Source: Opitutales bacterium (lineage in GTDB: Bacteria > Verrucomicrobiota > Verrucomicrobiia > Opitutales > PNEW01). From it: 64,000 nt of DNA. The notes under the pieces are model-generated. The model saw only the letters and a list, made by a program, of their open reading frames with translations. It made no database searches and was not told where the DNA came from. The stretch spans positions 64,001-128,000 of the forward strand of contig CBDANS010000005.1 in the NCBI GenBank assembly GCA_965197745.1. Reading direction: 5' to 3'. This document shows, piece by piece, positions 10,188 through 19,279 of the stretch. Position 1 is the first letter of the stretch. Each line of letters opens with the position of its first letter. Made by a program: the position numbers and the translations under genes.

Positions 10188-11114
10188 ATGGAACAATCGA
10201 TACAGCAACTACAATCCTTAGGTCTTGAACATGCGGATGAAGTAAATATTTCTGAAAAACGCTTCGACGATGGCGGACAATATAGAATAGAAATACCCAG
10301 CACCGAGGGCCCCGAAGCGTTTCGCGTGGTGATTGAAGAAAAGGAACGCTTGAAGTTGCCGGTTCATCGGATCAGCCAGGGAAGCGGAATTCAAATGCTC
10401 AGTGATGATGAGATCAGTGAGATGGTGGATATAGGGATCGACCACAATATTGAGGTATGTCTCTTTACTACTCCCCGAGCGAATTTTGACATCGGCGGGT
10501 TATGGAATGCGCCCGTGGGGAAAATAATTCAATGGCAGAGTCGGGGCGCGGAGCAGATTCGTTACGGACTGGATGATATTAATCGCGCAGTTGAATTAGG
10601 AATACGAAGTGTTCTCATTTCTGATTGGGGGTTGATTGACATCGTCGGTCAATTAAGGAAAAGCAAAAAATTGCCGGAAGATCTGATTATCAAATCTTCC
10701 GCGATCATGGCCCCGGCTAATCCCGCGTCGGTGGCACTCCTCGAAAAGATTGGGGCCGATACCGTTAATGTATCGACCGATCTTAGCGTGGGGCAGTTGA
10801 GCGCGATACGCAGCACCAGTACCGCACCGCTCGATATTTACACGGAAGCGCCCGATGGGCTTGGCGGCTTTGTCAGGCATCATGAAACGCCTGACATGAT
10901 TCGCTATGCATGTCCTCTTCATGTTAAGCTGGGGCTTCGGAATTCACCTGATATCTATCCCGCAGGCGCGCATATACAGTCCGTGGCATTGAATTTAAGC
11001 CGCGAGCGCGTGCGCAGGAGCAAGCTGGTTTACGACCTGATTCAAAGGGAATACCCCGAAGCTGAAATGTCTCCCATCGAAGGCAAGCGAGCAGGTGTGC
11101 CGGTGGGGAATTAA
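10188..11114 (+). CDS. U32-peptidase-like TIM-barrel protein of unknown function
   Basis: KRFDDGGQYRIEIPS.EGP and HRISQGSG motifs resemble a family usually labelled U32; no four-Cys cluster visible. Confidence 0.6.
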   Translation: MEQSIQQLQSLGLEHADEVNISEKRFDDGGQYRIEIPSTEGPEAFRVVIEEKERLKLPVHRISQGSGIQMLSDDEISEMVDIGIDHNIEVCLFTTPRANFDIGGLWNAPVGKIIQWQSRGAEQIRYGLDDINRAVELGIRSVLISDWGLIDIVGQLRKSKKLPEDLIIKSSAIMAPANPASVALLEKIGADTVNVSTDLSVGQLSAIRSTSTAPLDIYTEAPDGLGGFVRHHETPDMIRYACPLHVKLGLRNSPDIYPAGAHIQSVALNLSRERVRRSKLVYDLIQREYPEAEMSPIEGKRAGVPVGN

Positions 11115-11148
11115 GAATTAGGAATTAGGAATTAGGAATTTAAAATTA
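11107..11148. repeat. Heptamer tandem repeat (GGAATTA)x6, degenerate
   Basis: ggaatta agaatta ggaatta ggaatta ggaattt aaaatta. Confidence 0.85.
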
Positions 11149-11299
11149 GTTACTAGGGGGTTAAGTATTTCCGATTGTCGATTGAAACATGATAAACCTG
11201 GCTGTTTTCTATTAGGTAATTTTGTAGTCATGCATCCTGAATTCTACTTTGTCTTGTGAATCTTCTGCTTCTTGTGGCTAACTATTTGATCAGACAATT

Positions 11300-13246
11300 A
11301 TGAATAATTCATCCCATGACGAAAAGAGCGTGAGTCCCTTCGGGTCGTGGAAGTCACCGATAACGATGGATACGGTTCTCGCCAAAAGCGTGCGTCTTTC
11401 TGAAGTGGCGCTGGAGGGCAGTTCTATCTATTGGATTGAAGGGCGACCCGAAGAGAGTGGGCGAAACGTAATCGTTAAAAGGGAATCTGATAAATTAATA
11501 AGCGATAAATTACCCGAGCCCTTTAATGCTCGCACGCGGGTACACGAATATGGGGGTGGGACCTATCATCTTGTTGGGGGGAGTATCTACTTCACTCATT
11601 TTAATGATCAACGCATTTACTGTAAACGAGCTGATGAGGACCCTGTTCCCCTGTCAAAGGAGGAGAATTGTCGCTATGCAGATTTCACTTATGATCGGCC
11701 GCGAAACCGTTTGCTATGTGTGCGTGAGGACCATCGCGATGAAGAGCGCGAGCCAGTCAACGCCATTGTCAGTATCTTCTTAGACCCCCCTTATAAGGTT
11801 GAAGTCCTGGTATCAGGGAGTGACTTTTATTCCTCACCTCGCATAAGCCCGGATGGGTCGAACCTTGCCTGGTTAAGTTGGGACCATCCCAATATGCCCT
11901 GGGATGGCACTGATCTATCAATGGCGGCTATTTCAAAAGAGGGCAGCCTGGAAGAACGCATTTCAATTGCGGGTGGGAAAGAGGAGTCCATTTTTCAACC
12001 GGAGTGGTCTCCGGATAATACCCTTCACTTTGTTTCAGACCGTAGCGGTTGGTGGAATCTCTATCGTCATAAGGAGGGCAGGGTGGAATCGCTCTATTCA
12101 ATGGAAGCGGAGTTCGGGCAACCTCAATGGGTTTTTGGCATGGCTAAGTATGGTTTCCAATCGGAGCAAACTATTCTTTGTTCTTATACTCAAGATGGGG
12201 TATGGCACCTGGGAAGGCTCGATACCATTAATAAATCGCTGGAGAAGATTGAGTCTCCCTTCACAGTTATTGAAGATTTACAGGTGGGTGATGACATAGT
12301 GGTCTTTATCGGCGGGTCCCCTACGACGTCGCTATCCGTGGTTATGATGGACCTGGAAACCGATAAAATGGATGCCCTGCGTAGTTCCAGTTCACTGAAA
12401 ATTGATACTGACTATCTTTCGATCCCCCAAGCCATCGAGTATCCGACGAATGATAACTTAACAGCCCATGGATTTTATTACCCGCCAAAAAATAAAGATT
12501 TTGCGGGTCCAGCAAAGGTGCTGCCTCCGCTAATTGTTATCATGCACGGGGGGCCAACGGCGCCAACCGATGCCGTGTTGGACTGTCGGATTCAGTTCTG
12601 GACGAGCCGTGGTTTTGCCGTCTTCGATATAAATTATGGGGGGAGTACCGGTTACGGCACGGAGTACCGGAGGCGATTGAATGGCCAATGGGGTGTAGTT
12701 GATTTGAACGATTGTGAGAATGGAGCCCGCTATCTTGCGGATAAAGGGTTTGTCGATAATGAGCGTATCGCTATTCGTGGGGGCAGCGCGGGTGGATACA
12801 CGGTACTGAGCGCGCTGACTTTTGGTGAAGTATTTAAAACAGGCGCGAGCTACTACGGGGTAAGCGATCTAGAAGTTTTAGCAAAGGAAACGCATAAATT
12901 CGAATCCCGATATCTGGACAGGATTATTGGTCCGTACCCCGATGCCATTCAATTGTATCGGGATCGCTCTCCCTTTTATCACTTAGAAAAAGTGGAAAGA
13001 CCGATCATCTTTTTCCAAGGGTTAGAGGATGAAATCGTTCCTCCCAACCAGGCGGAGATGATGGTAGATGCCTTGAGAGAAAAAGGAATACCGGTGGCCT
13101 ATTTAGCTTTCGAAGGTGAACAACATGGTTTTCGACAAGCGAAGAATATCAAGCGGGCGACGGAAGCGGAATTGTATTTTTACGCGCAGATATTTGATTT
13201 CGAACCCGCAGATTCAATCGAGCCTGTGGTTATTGAGAATTTGTGA
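11300..13246 (+). CDS. S9 family peptidase (prolyl oligopeptidase / acylaminoacyl peptidase-like)
   Basis: FGSWKSPIT start, beta-propeller, HGGPT, nucleophile GGSAGG, D(EIV), EQHGF. Confidence 0.93.
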   Translation: MNNSSHDEKSVSPFGSWKSPITMDTVLAKSVRLSEVALEGSSIYWIEGRPEESGRNVIVKRESDKLISDKLPEPFNARTRVHEYGGGTYHLVGGSIYFTHFNDQRIYCKRADEDPVPLSKEENCRYADFTYDRPRNRLLCVREDHRDEEREPVNAIVSIFLDPPYKVEVLVSGSDFYSSPRISPDGSNLAWLSWDHPNMPWDGTDLSMAAISKEGSLEERISIAGGKEESIFQPEWSPDNTLHFVSDRSGWWNLYRHKEGRVESLYSMEAEFGQPQWVFGMAKYGFQSEQTILCSYTQDGVWHLGRLDTINKSLEKIESPFTVIEDLQVGDDIVVFIGGSPTTSLSVVMMDLETDKMDALRSSSSLKIDTDYLSIPQAIEYPTNDNLTAHGFYYPPKNKDFAGPAKVLPPLIVIMHGGPTAPTDAVLDCRIQFWTSRGFAVFDINYGGSTGYGTEYRRRLNGQWGVVDLNDCENGARYLADKGFVDNERIAIRGGSAGGYTVLSALTFGEVFKTGASYYGVSDLEVLAKETHKFESRYLDRIIGPYPDAIQLYRDRSPFYHLEKVERPIIFFQGLEDEIVPPNQAEMMVDALREKGIPVAYLAFEGEQHGFRQAKNIKRATEAELYFYAQIFDFEPADSIEPVVIENL

Positions 13247-13251
13247 GGGGG

Positions 13252-13515
13252 GTAATGCGTAGATGTGTGAATGCGTGGATGCGTATAAGTGGATACCGCC
13301 AGGTTTATTCTGTATTTTTACTTGTCATTGCGAGAAGCAACGCGACGAAGCAATCCAGGCGGCTAACATTATGCTACCGACATAACCCTGGATTGCCACA
13401 GTCGGCTTCCCACAGTCGGCTTCGCCTTCTTCGCAATGACAACTTGAATCAAACGACCATTGACAATCGCTTGCTCACATTACCGCATACCCGCATAAAC
13501 GCATTCCCGCAAACC
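13252..13515. repeat. Composite palindromic repeat: octamer array, TTGTCATTGCGAG...TCGCAATGACAA element (13322-13442), inverted octamer array
   Basis: Left units gtaatgcg tagatgtg tgaatgcg tggatgcg; right units cacattac cgcatacc cgcataaa cgcattcc cgcaaacc; core element recurs at 29570 and 31091. Confidence 0.8.
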
Positions 13516-15134
13516 TACTCGATCGTTAATTCTTCTACGGTGACAGTAATTTCATCACCGTCGGCGTTTGAGAATGCGGCATCAATACTTTGCGTGGGCT
13601 GAGTGGTACCATCCGACTTTACATTGTTATGGGTAATCAAGGTCTCGAAACCCGGTGTTGTCGAACCGCTCGAGGCAATGATTATCGGTAGCTCATTAGT
13701 CTGAGCAAGATCGCCTCCGGTGATTCGCATTCCCGGGTTAGACGCCGCTACGGTAAATGAATTATCACCGAAGAGGAGGTGCGGCACGGCATCTCCCAGG
13801 GCATCGATATCACCTATCAAGACCCTGATCGAGACCGGCATCCCCGGAGCAATAAGACCGATGTTTCCTGTCGAGGCACTAAAATTTGTGTTGGCACAGA
13901 GGATTCCTCCCATACCTGAAGAATTTATAATTTCCACGACTGAGACATCAGCCTGGGCATCGTAAACTTCTTCCTCAGGGAATAGACTTTGATTTACGGA
14001 ATTCGGGCGGCCTACGGAAAATATGCTGAAGAATGTGCTATCATCCGCTCCTTCAATGACAATGCTTGCACGGCCCTTAACATAATTAACATCGGGTTGA
14101 TTATATTTACGAGGTGGTGCAGGTCCTTCAAAGGTGTCAGCATCCAGAATAATGGTCAGGGTCCCTTCACCAGAAAATTCTACCTGAACGATATCTTCAT
14201 TTTCATCGAGAAAGGACGCGCGGGTTATCTGTTCAGGATCGGCCCGTAGGGTAAGCAGGGATCCCTCAAGCAGTATCTGGTCGAAAATATTCCCATTGGA
14301 GTGGACAATATTACTTCCGACAACCGTACCACTTCCGTCGAGCGCTACGGCATCGGGTGTACCATCAATGTCATCTTTTACTGATACAATGGCTGTGACA
14401 CTGTCAGTAATTCCTTCCGTTCCGGTTACCCGAACCCAATAAAAACCCGTAACGTTTTGCGGGGCGGTGACCAGGGTGCTCTGGTTGTCAGTCGATTCAA
14501 CCGTATCTTCACCGTCACCTGAAATAAGGTTAGAAGTATCCCCTCGCTCACCCTTATACCAGATAAAGGTCCTGTCATTTCCTTCCGCTTGAACGAATAG
14601 TTCAACCACTGTATTAAAATCGACTCTCTGACTTTTCGGTTGATTGAGGATGGTTGGACCGCTCATTCCATCGACGACCAGGGTTAAGACCGAACTGAAT
14701 GCCGATCCTATAGCATTAGTGATCTCCACTGTATAGCTACCCGAGTCCGCACTTTGGACATTGTCAATGGTCAGGGCATTGCTTGTCGCGCCCTCAATAA
14801 TTTGTTCATCTTTTCGCCATAGGAAACTCAACGGTTCCTGCCCTTCGGCAACGACGGTAAAAACTGCAGTTGAACCCGGATCCAGTTCCAAATCACCGGG
14901 CCCTATCGTGGAGATAAGTGGAATTCCTGTCCCGAGCAGGGCGAGATTATGTTCAGCTCCCGCAACTACTTCAGTGACACCTGAAAGCGCCTCCGGCACT
15001 TCCGTTTGGCCATCTTCATTAAAGCCCCAGGCTACAACTGTTCCATCATCGAGTGATATGATATTATGGTAGAGACCAGCTGCGATGGAAGTAACGGAGC
15101 CGGCATTAAACTGTGAGTTGATAGACCCTTTCAC
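13515..15134 (-). CDS. C-terminal fragment of the disrupted surface protein: last RCC1 repeats, Ig-like domains, C-terminal domain
   Basis: WRKD...LTIDNVQSADSGSYTVEITN (Ig I-set); QITRASFLDENEDIVQVEFSG domain. Confidence 0.7.
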   Translation of the reverse strand: MKGSINSQFNAGSVTSIAAGLYHNIISLDDGTVVAWGFNEDGQTEVPEALSGVTEVVAGAEHNLALLGTGIPLISTIGPGDLELDPGSTAVFTVVAEGQEPLSFLWRKDEQIIEGATSNALTIDNVQSADSGSYTVEITNAIGSAFSSVLTLVVDGMSGPTILNQPKSQRVDFNTVVELFVQAEGNDRTFIWYKGERGDTSNLISGDGEDTVESTDNQSTLVTAPQNVTGFYWVRVTGTEGITDSVTAIVSVKDDIDGTPDAVALDGSGTVVGSNIVHSNGNIFDQILLEGSLLTLRADPEQITRASFLDENEDIVQVEFSGEGTLTIILDADTFEGPAPPRKYNQPDVNYVKGRASIVIEGADDSTFFSIFSVGRPNSVNQSLFPEEEVYDAQADVSVVEIINSSGMGGILCANTNFSASTGNIGLIAPGMPVSIRVLIGDIDALGDAVPHLLFGDNSFTVAASNPGMRITGGDLAQTNELPIIIASSGSTTPGFETLITHNNVKSDGTTQPTQSIDAAFSNADGDEITVTVEELTIE

Positions 15135-16711
15135 ATTCCCTGTTGAAGATCGAGAGCCGGATCGGTATTGGGAACATTCAATTGCCCCAAACTATTATCA
15201 CCCCAAGGTACAATAGTGCCGTCTGATTGTACGGCGAGACTATGCCGCGCGCCGGCGGCCACGGCGATCACGTCGCTTAGACCATCGGGCACATCAATCT
15301 GACCAAATCGATTATCGCCCCAAGCTATGATGGTGCCATTCGATTGTAGCGCCAGGCTATGTCCAGCTCCCGCTGTTATAGCTATCGCATTCATAACCAG
15401 TTCCGGAATAGCCGTCTGATCTAACCGGTTATTCCCCCAGGCTACGACAGTGCCGTCTGATTTTAATGCCAGACTGTGAACCCCACCGCCAGCAATCGCG
15501 ACGACATCGGAAAGACCATCGGGTGGTGTTGCCTGGCCGGCATTGTTAAACCCCCAGGCCACAACGGTGCCGTCCGATTTTAAAGCCAAGCTATGAAAGA
15601 AGCCAGCCGCGACAGCCACGACATCAGATAAACCCGGCGGAACTGAAATCTGACCGCGATCATTTCTCCCCCAGGCTGACACCGTTCCATCGGGGTTTAA
15701 CCCAAGATTAAAACCAACCCCACTGGAAGCAGCTGTGAGCTGGGATAAATCCGGGGTGATGTTCGTTTCCCCGTTATCATTCCTTCCCCAGCTGTTTATA
15801 CGGTCAGAAAATATTCGTCGGTAACCCCGGGCGACAATACTGAAATTACTGGTTTCAATAGGATTAACTGCTTTTATCCAGTAATAATAAATAACGCCTG
15901 CTTCAGCGGTGAAGTCATCATAGAGGGGTGTATTGATTTCGCGCTGAATGAGAATAGAATTGCTCCTGTCATTTTCAGTATGACGAAATACATTATAGCG
16001 CGATGCATTATTAACCTCCTGCCAGAAAACGCGAATACGATCTGCAAATCTACCCCGGGTCGCTCGCGTAAAGAGGGGAGCGTGTAATTCGCCGGATGTT
16101 AGTATTGTTCCGGTAGCTCCGGTTGTAACAAAGATATCCGCGCCTGAGGTAACATCGAAAAGAAATTTCGAAGATCCGGAATTTTTTTCGATCCAGTTCA
16201 TCCCATTAGGAGAAGTGGCGATGGCACCAAAAGTGCCCACGGCAATAAATAAACCTTTGCCAAAGCTAACTCCCTGGTAGTTCGCGTTGCCAGCTCGAAA
16301 TGAATTCCAATCCATGCCGTTTGACGAAACTTGAATGTCTCCATTATCGCCAACGGCAACAAATAGACCTTTTGCGAAGGTGACATCACTCAACCCGGTT
16401 CCATTGTGGTCATGTTCAGTCCAATTGATACCATCGGTGGAAGTCATTATAGACCGTTTCGGATTTGCCGTTGCGAGAGTACCGCGACCCACCGCGACAA
16501 AGCGTCCATTACCAAAAACAACACCTTCAAGTTTACTGGGGCTATCAGCTGCTTCTACTGTCGTCCAATCGACACCATTCATTGAGGTCTGGATGATTGC
16601 CCCATTGCCGACGGCGACAAAAGTTTGATTGCCAAAAGCGATGCTATTTAAATTGGCCTCGGTCCCCGTGTTCCCCGCAGTCCAGTTTATGCCGTTAGCT
16701 GAGGTAATCAC
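15131..16711 (-). CDS. Middle fragment of the disrupted surface protein: propeller repeats, fibronectin type III domain, RCC1/BLIP-II-like repeats
   Basis: W...YNVFR...YYYWIKAVN (FN3); repeated HSLALKSDGTVVAWG.N..GQ. Confidence 0.7.
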   Translation of the reverse strand: MITSANGINWTAGNTGTEANLNSIAFGNQTFVAVGNGAIIQTSMNGVDWTTVEAADSPSKLEGVVFGNGRFVAVGRGTLATANPKRSIMTSTDGINWTEHDHNGTGLSDVTFAKGLFVAVGDNGDIQVSSNGMDWNSFRAGNANYQGVSFGKGLFIAVGTFGAIATSPNGMNWIEKNSGSSKFLFDVTSGADIFVTTGATGTILTSGELHAPLFTRATRGRFADRIRVFWQEVNNASRYNVFRHTENDRSNSILIQREINTPLYDDFTAEAGVIYYYWIKAVNPIETSNFSIVARGYRRIFSDRINSWGRNDNGETNITPDLSQLTAASSGVGFNLGLNPDGTVSAWGRNDRGQISVPPGLSDVVAVAAGFFHSLALKSDGTVVAWGFNNAGQATPPDGLSDVVAIAGGGVHSLALKSDGTVVAWGNNRLDQTAIPELVMNAIAITAGAGHSLALQSNGTIIAWGDNRFGQIDVPDGLSDVIAVAAGARHSLAVQSDGTIVPWGDNSLGQLNVPNTDPALDLQQGM

Positions 16712-17073
16712 GGTACCTTTTCCACCTATTGCTACAAATCTATTATTGCCGAGAGTTAAATCGGACAGTGATACAGAGGTAGCAGAATTCAGAGCAGACT
16801 AGGTCCTGCCATTCCCTGATGCTAATAAGGTCCCTGAAAGTCCAACGGCATAGAAGGTATTGTTTAAGTATTTAGTGCCCAATAACCATTCTGTTGTCCC
16901 CATAAGTTGATCGGTCCATTGAACTGAATTAGGTGAAGAGAGAATTCTCCCCCCGAATCCAACGGAGACGAAGGCATTATTTCCAAAAGCGATACTAAAT
17001 AAGGCATCCCCATTCGCGATATCCTGGGGTACCCAGAATTGAATAGAGGCCGATGTTAAGACTACGGACTGGC

Positions 17074-17847
17074 TTAAGATGCGCCACCACCACCAACCGC
17101 AACAAAATTCCCATTATTAAAGGTGATATCATATAATGATAGAGCAGTGCCCGATGCTCGCATACCCCAGTTGACCGCATTGCCAGAACTTATAATTGTC
17201 CCGTTCTCTCCAACCGCGACAAAATTTCCATTGCCGAAAGTTATGCCTAATAGCAAGTTCGCGGTTCCCGATACTTGAGAATTCCAATTGTCACCATCAG
17301 TCGAAGATATAATGACGCCACCCATACCAACAGCGACAAATGTCCCGTTGCCGAAGGTAACGTCATGATATTCATGACTGGCATCAGTGACAATACTCAG
17401 GTCCCAATTCTGACCATCCCGAGAGGTTAAGATTATCCCATGATCTCCGACCGCGACAAAAGTCCCATTGCCAAAGCCAATGCCGTTTAATTGAATTCTT
17501 GTTCCTGAAGTTCGGGTTCCCCAGTCTTTTCCATTTCTCGAGATGAGAATAGTGCCCTCAATACCGACAGCGACAAAAACCCCGTTTCCAAATGCCACAT
17601 CTTTTAACGTTGCTTCACTATTCCCCGTGATGCCGGTAATCTGTTCCTCCCAGCTCTGACCGTTAACTGAAGTTAAGATTGTACCTGTGTTACCAACGGC
17701 AACAAAAGTATCATTTCCATAAGTAATCCCAGACAGGTTTTCACCTTTGGGCAGGGGATTTCTCAAGGTCCAAACTTCTTGAGCTTCAATAAATACAAAC
17801 GGGGCAAGAATTAAAAAAGTAAAAAGAAATACCGATACAAGGCGCAT
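17074..17847 (-). CDS. N-terminal fragment of the disrupted surface protein: signal peptide plus BNR/WD40-YVTN-like repeats
   Basis: Repeated FGNGxFVAVGxxGTIxxSxxGxxW units. Confidence 0.7.
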   Translation of the reverse strand: MRLVSVFLFTFLILAPFVFIEAQEVWTLRNPLPKGENLSGITYGNDTFVAVGNTGTILTSVNGQSWEEQITGITGNSEATLKDVAFGNGVFVAVGIEGTILISRNGKDWGTRTSGTRIQLNGIGFGNGTFVAVGDHGIILTSRDGQNWDLSIVTDASHEYHDVTFGNGTFVAVGMGGVIISSTDGDNWNSQVSGTANLLLGITFGNGNFVAVGENGTIISSGNAVNWGMRASGTALSLYDITFNNGNFVAVGGGGAS

Positions 17848-18031
17848 TATATGAAAAATAAAATATTATTCCGTCGCAAATTTAATAGATATAGTAGATA
17901 ATTAATAAAAATATAGATTGAGTATAACGGTGTAGGGAGCCGAGTCGAATATAAAGGGCGCATGCTTAATTTTGTTAATAGAGAGGAATCAATTGATCGA
18001 TAGTTGTGTCGGCAACGATGCTAATTAAAGG

Positions 18032-19279
18032 ATGAGAAATATATTACTTGTTACCCTGTTGTTGGGAATATTTCCTTTCTTCGTCTTCGGACAAAAAGAA
18101 AGCAGTGTCATTGTTTCCATAGAAAATCAGGTTGATTTTTCAGTGAAGGAAGGTCCATGGATCAAAGAGCAAGTTGGACAAAAGCTTAACTATGGAGATC
18201 GCGTGCGGACTGGTGAATTCAGTCGCGCCACGATTCGTCTTCTCAATGAGAGCATCATGCGAATCAATGAACTCACGACCATTACCTTAAAGCCACCCAA
18301 AACAAAAACAGGCAAGCCGGGTATTGATCTAAAAAGAGGCGCGCTCTATTTTTTCAGTCGCAATCAACCTGAAGAGTACGAATTTGGAACCCCAACCGCA
18401 ACGGGAGCGATTAAGGGCACAGAATTTGAACTGCATCTTGATCCGTCCGAGAGCACGGTGATGACAATTTTCGACGGGGCGGTTGACTTATCTAATTCCC
18501 AGGGATCGATCGCGCTTGTAAGCGGGGAACAGGGAACAGTAAAAAGAGGATTACCACCGATAAAAACAGCAGTCATTAATGCGACAAACATTATTCAATG
18601 GTGTTTATATTATCCGGCGATAATTGATGCAGATGAAATTTCTTTCTCGCAAAATGAAAATAAGATCCTGGCCGCATCCCTGGATTCATACCGCAGGGGT
18701 AATTTACTGGAAGCGCTTACCCATTATCTCGCAACCGGAGCAAAACCTGAAAGCGCAGGGGGCCGTCTTTACACGACCGGGCTCTACCTCGCGACGGGGC
18801 AGGTTACTAAAGCGGAAGAACTGATCATAAAAGCGGGTGGCGATCACTCCCTGGCTCTGGCCCTTAAAGAATTAATTTCAGCGGTAAAAGGGGTTCAACC
18901 GAGTTCCTATCCCGAGCCACAATCGGCTTCCCAGTGGTTGGCGCGTTCTTACCTTATACAGGCAGATGGCAATTTAGATCTTGCCTTGAAAGCCGCGCAA
19001 AACGCCGTTGAACTCTCCCCCTCATTTGGCTTTGGATGGGGGAGAGTTGCCGAGTTTGAATTCAGTTTCGGCCGACTGGAGGCTGTCAATGAATCTCTTA
19101 AGAAAGGTTTGGAATTTTCGCCGGAGAATGCGCAAATCCTCGCCCTGCAAGGTTTTCTTTTAGCAGGAAACGATAAGCTTGTTGAAGCCCGTGAAACATT
19201 TGAGCAAGCTATAATCCTTGATGGGGCATTGGCCAATGCCTGGCTGGGAAAGGGGGCTTACCCAGATCCGAGGCAATGA
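18032..19279 (+). CDS. FecR domain plus TPR repeats (5' part of the frameshifted receptor)
   Basis: Signal peptide; GDRVRTGEFSRA and TPTATGAIKGTEF FecR motifs; TPR helices. Confidence 0.75.
   Translation: MRNILLVTLLLGIFPFFVFGQKESSVIVSIENQVDFSVKEGPWIKEQVGQKLNYGDRVRTGEFSRATIRLLNESIMRINELTTITLKPPKTKTGKPGIDLKRGALYFFSRNQPEEYEFGTPTATGAIKGTEFELHLDPSESTVMTIFDGAVDLSNSQGSIALVSGEQGTVKRGLPPIKTAVINATNIIQWCLYYPAIIDADEISFSQNENKILAASLDSYRRGNLLEALTHYLATGAKPESAGGRLYTTGLYLATGQVTKAEELIIKAGGDHSLALALKELISAVKGVQPSSYPEPQSASQWLARSYLIQADGNLDLALKAAQNAVELSPSFGFGWGRVAEFEFSFGRLEAVNESLKKGLEFSPENAQILALQGFLLAGNDKLVEARETFEQAIILDGALANAWLGKGAYPDPRQ

Larger units (their letters stand above)
13515..17847 (-). pseudogene. Large secreted/surface protein (signal peptide, BNR/YVTN-like propeller repeats, FN3, RCC1-like repeats, Ig domains, C-terminal domain) broken by two frameshifts and one TAG
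   Basis: Repeats continue across the breaks: frameshift near 17075; in-frame TAG at 16801-16799 at a Trp position (GNGRT*SA); frameshift near 15160 inside an RCC1 repeat. Confidence 0.85.

Noticed and set aside
9798..13515. CRISPR array
   Set aside because: The repeats are 7-20 bp tandem or palindromic units without unique spacers, and there are no cas genes.
13243..13602. 119-aa ORF
   Set aside because: It is the translation of the repeat element and overlaps the convergent gene.
19241..19262. Programmed -1 frameshift at G_GGA_AAG
   Set aside because: The heptamer fits X_XXY_YYZ, but the downstream ORF is in the +1 frame.
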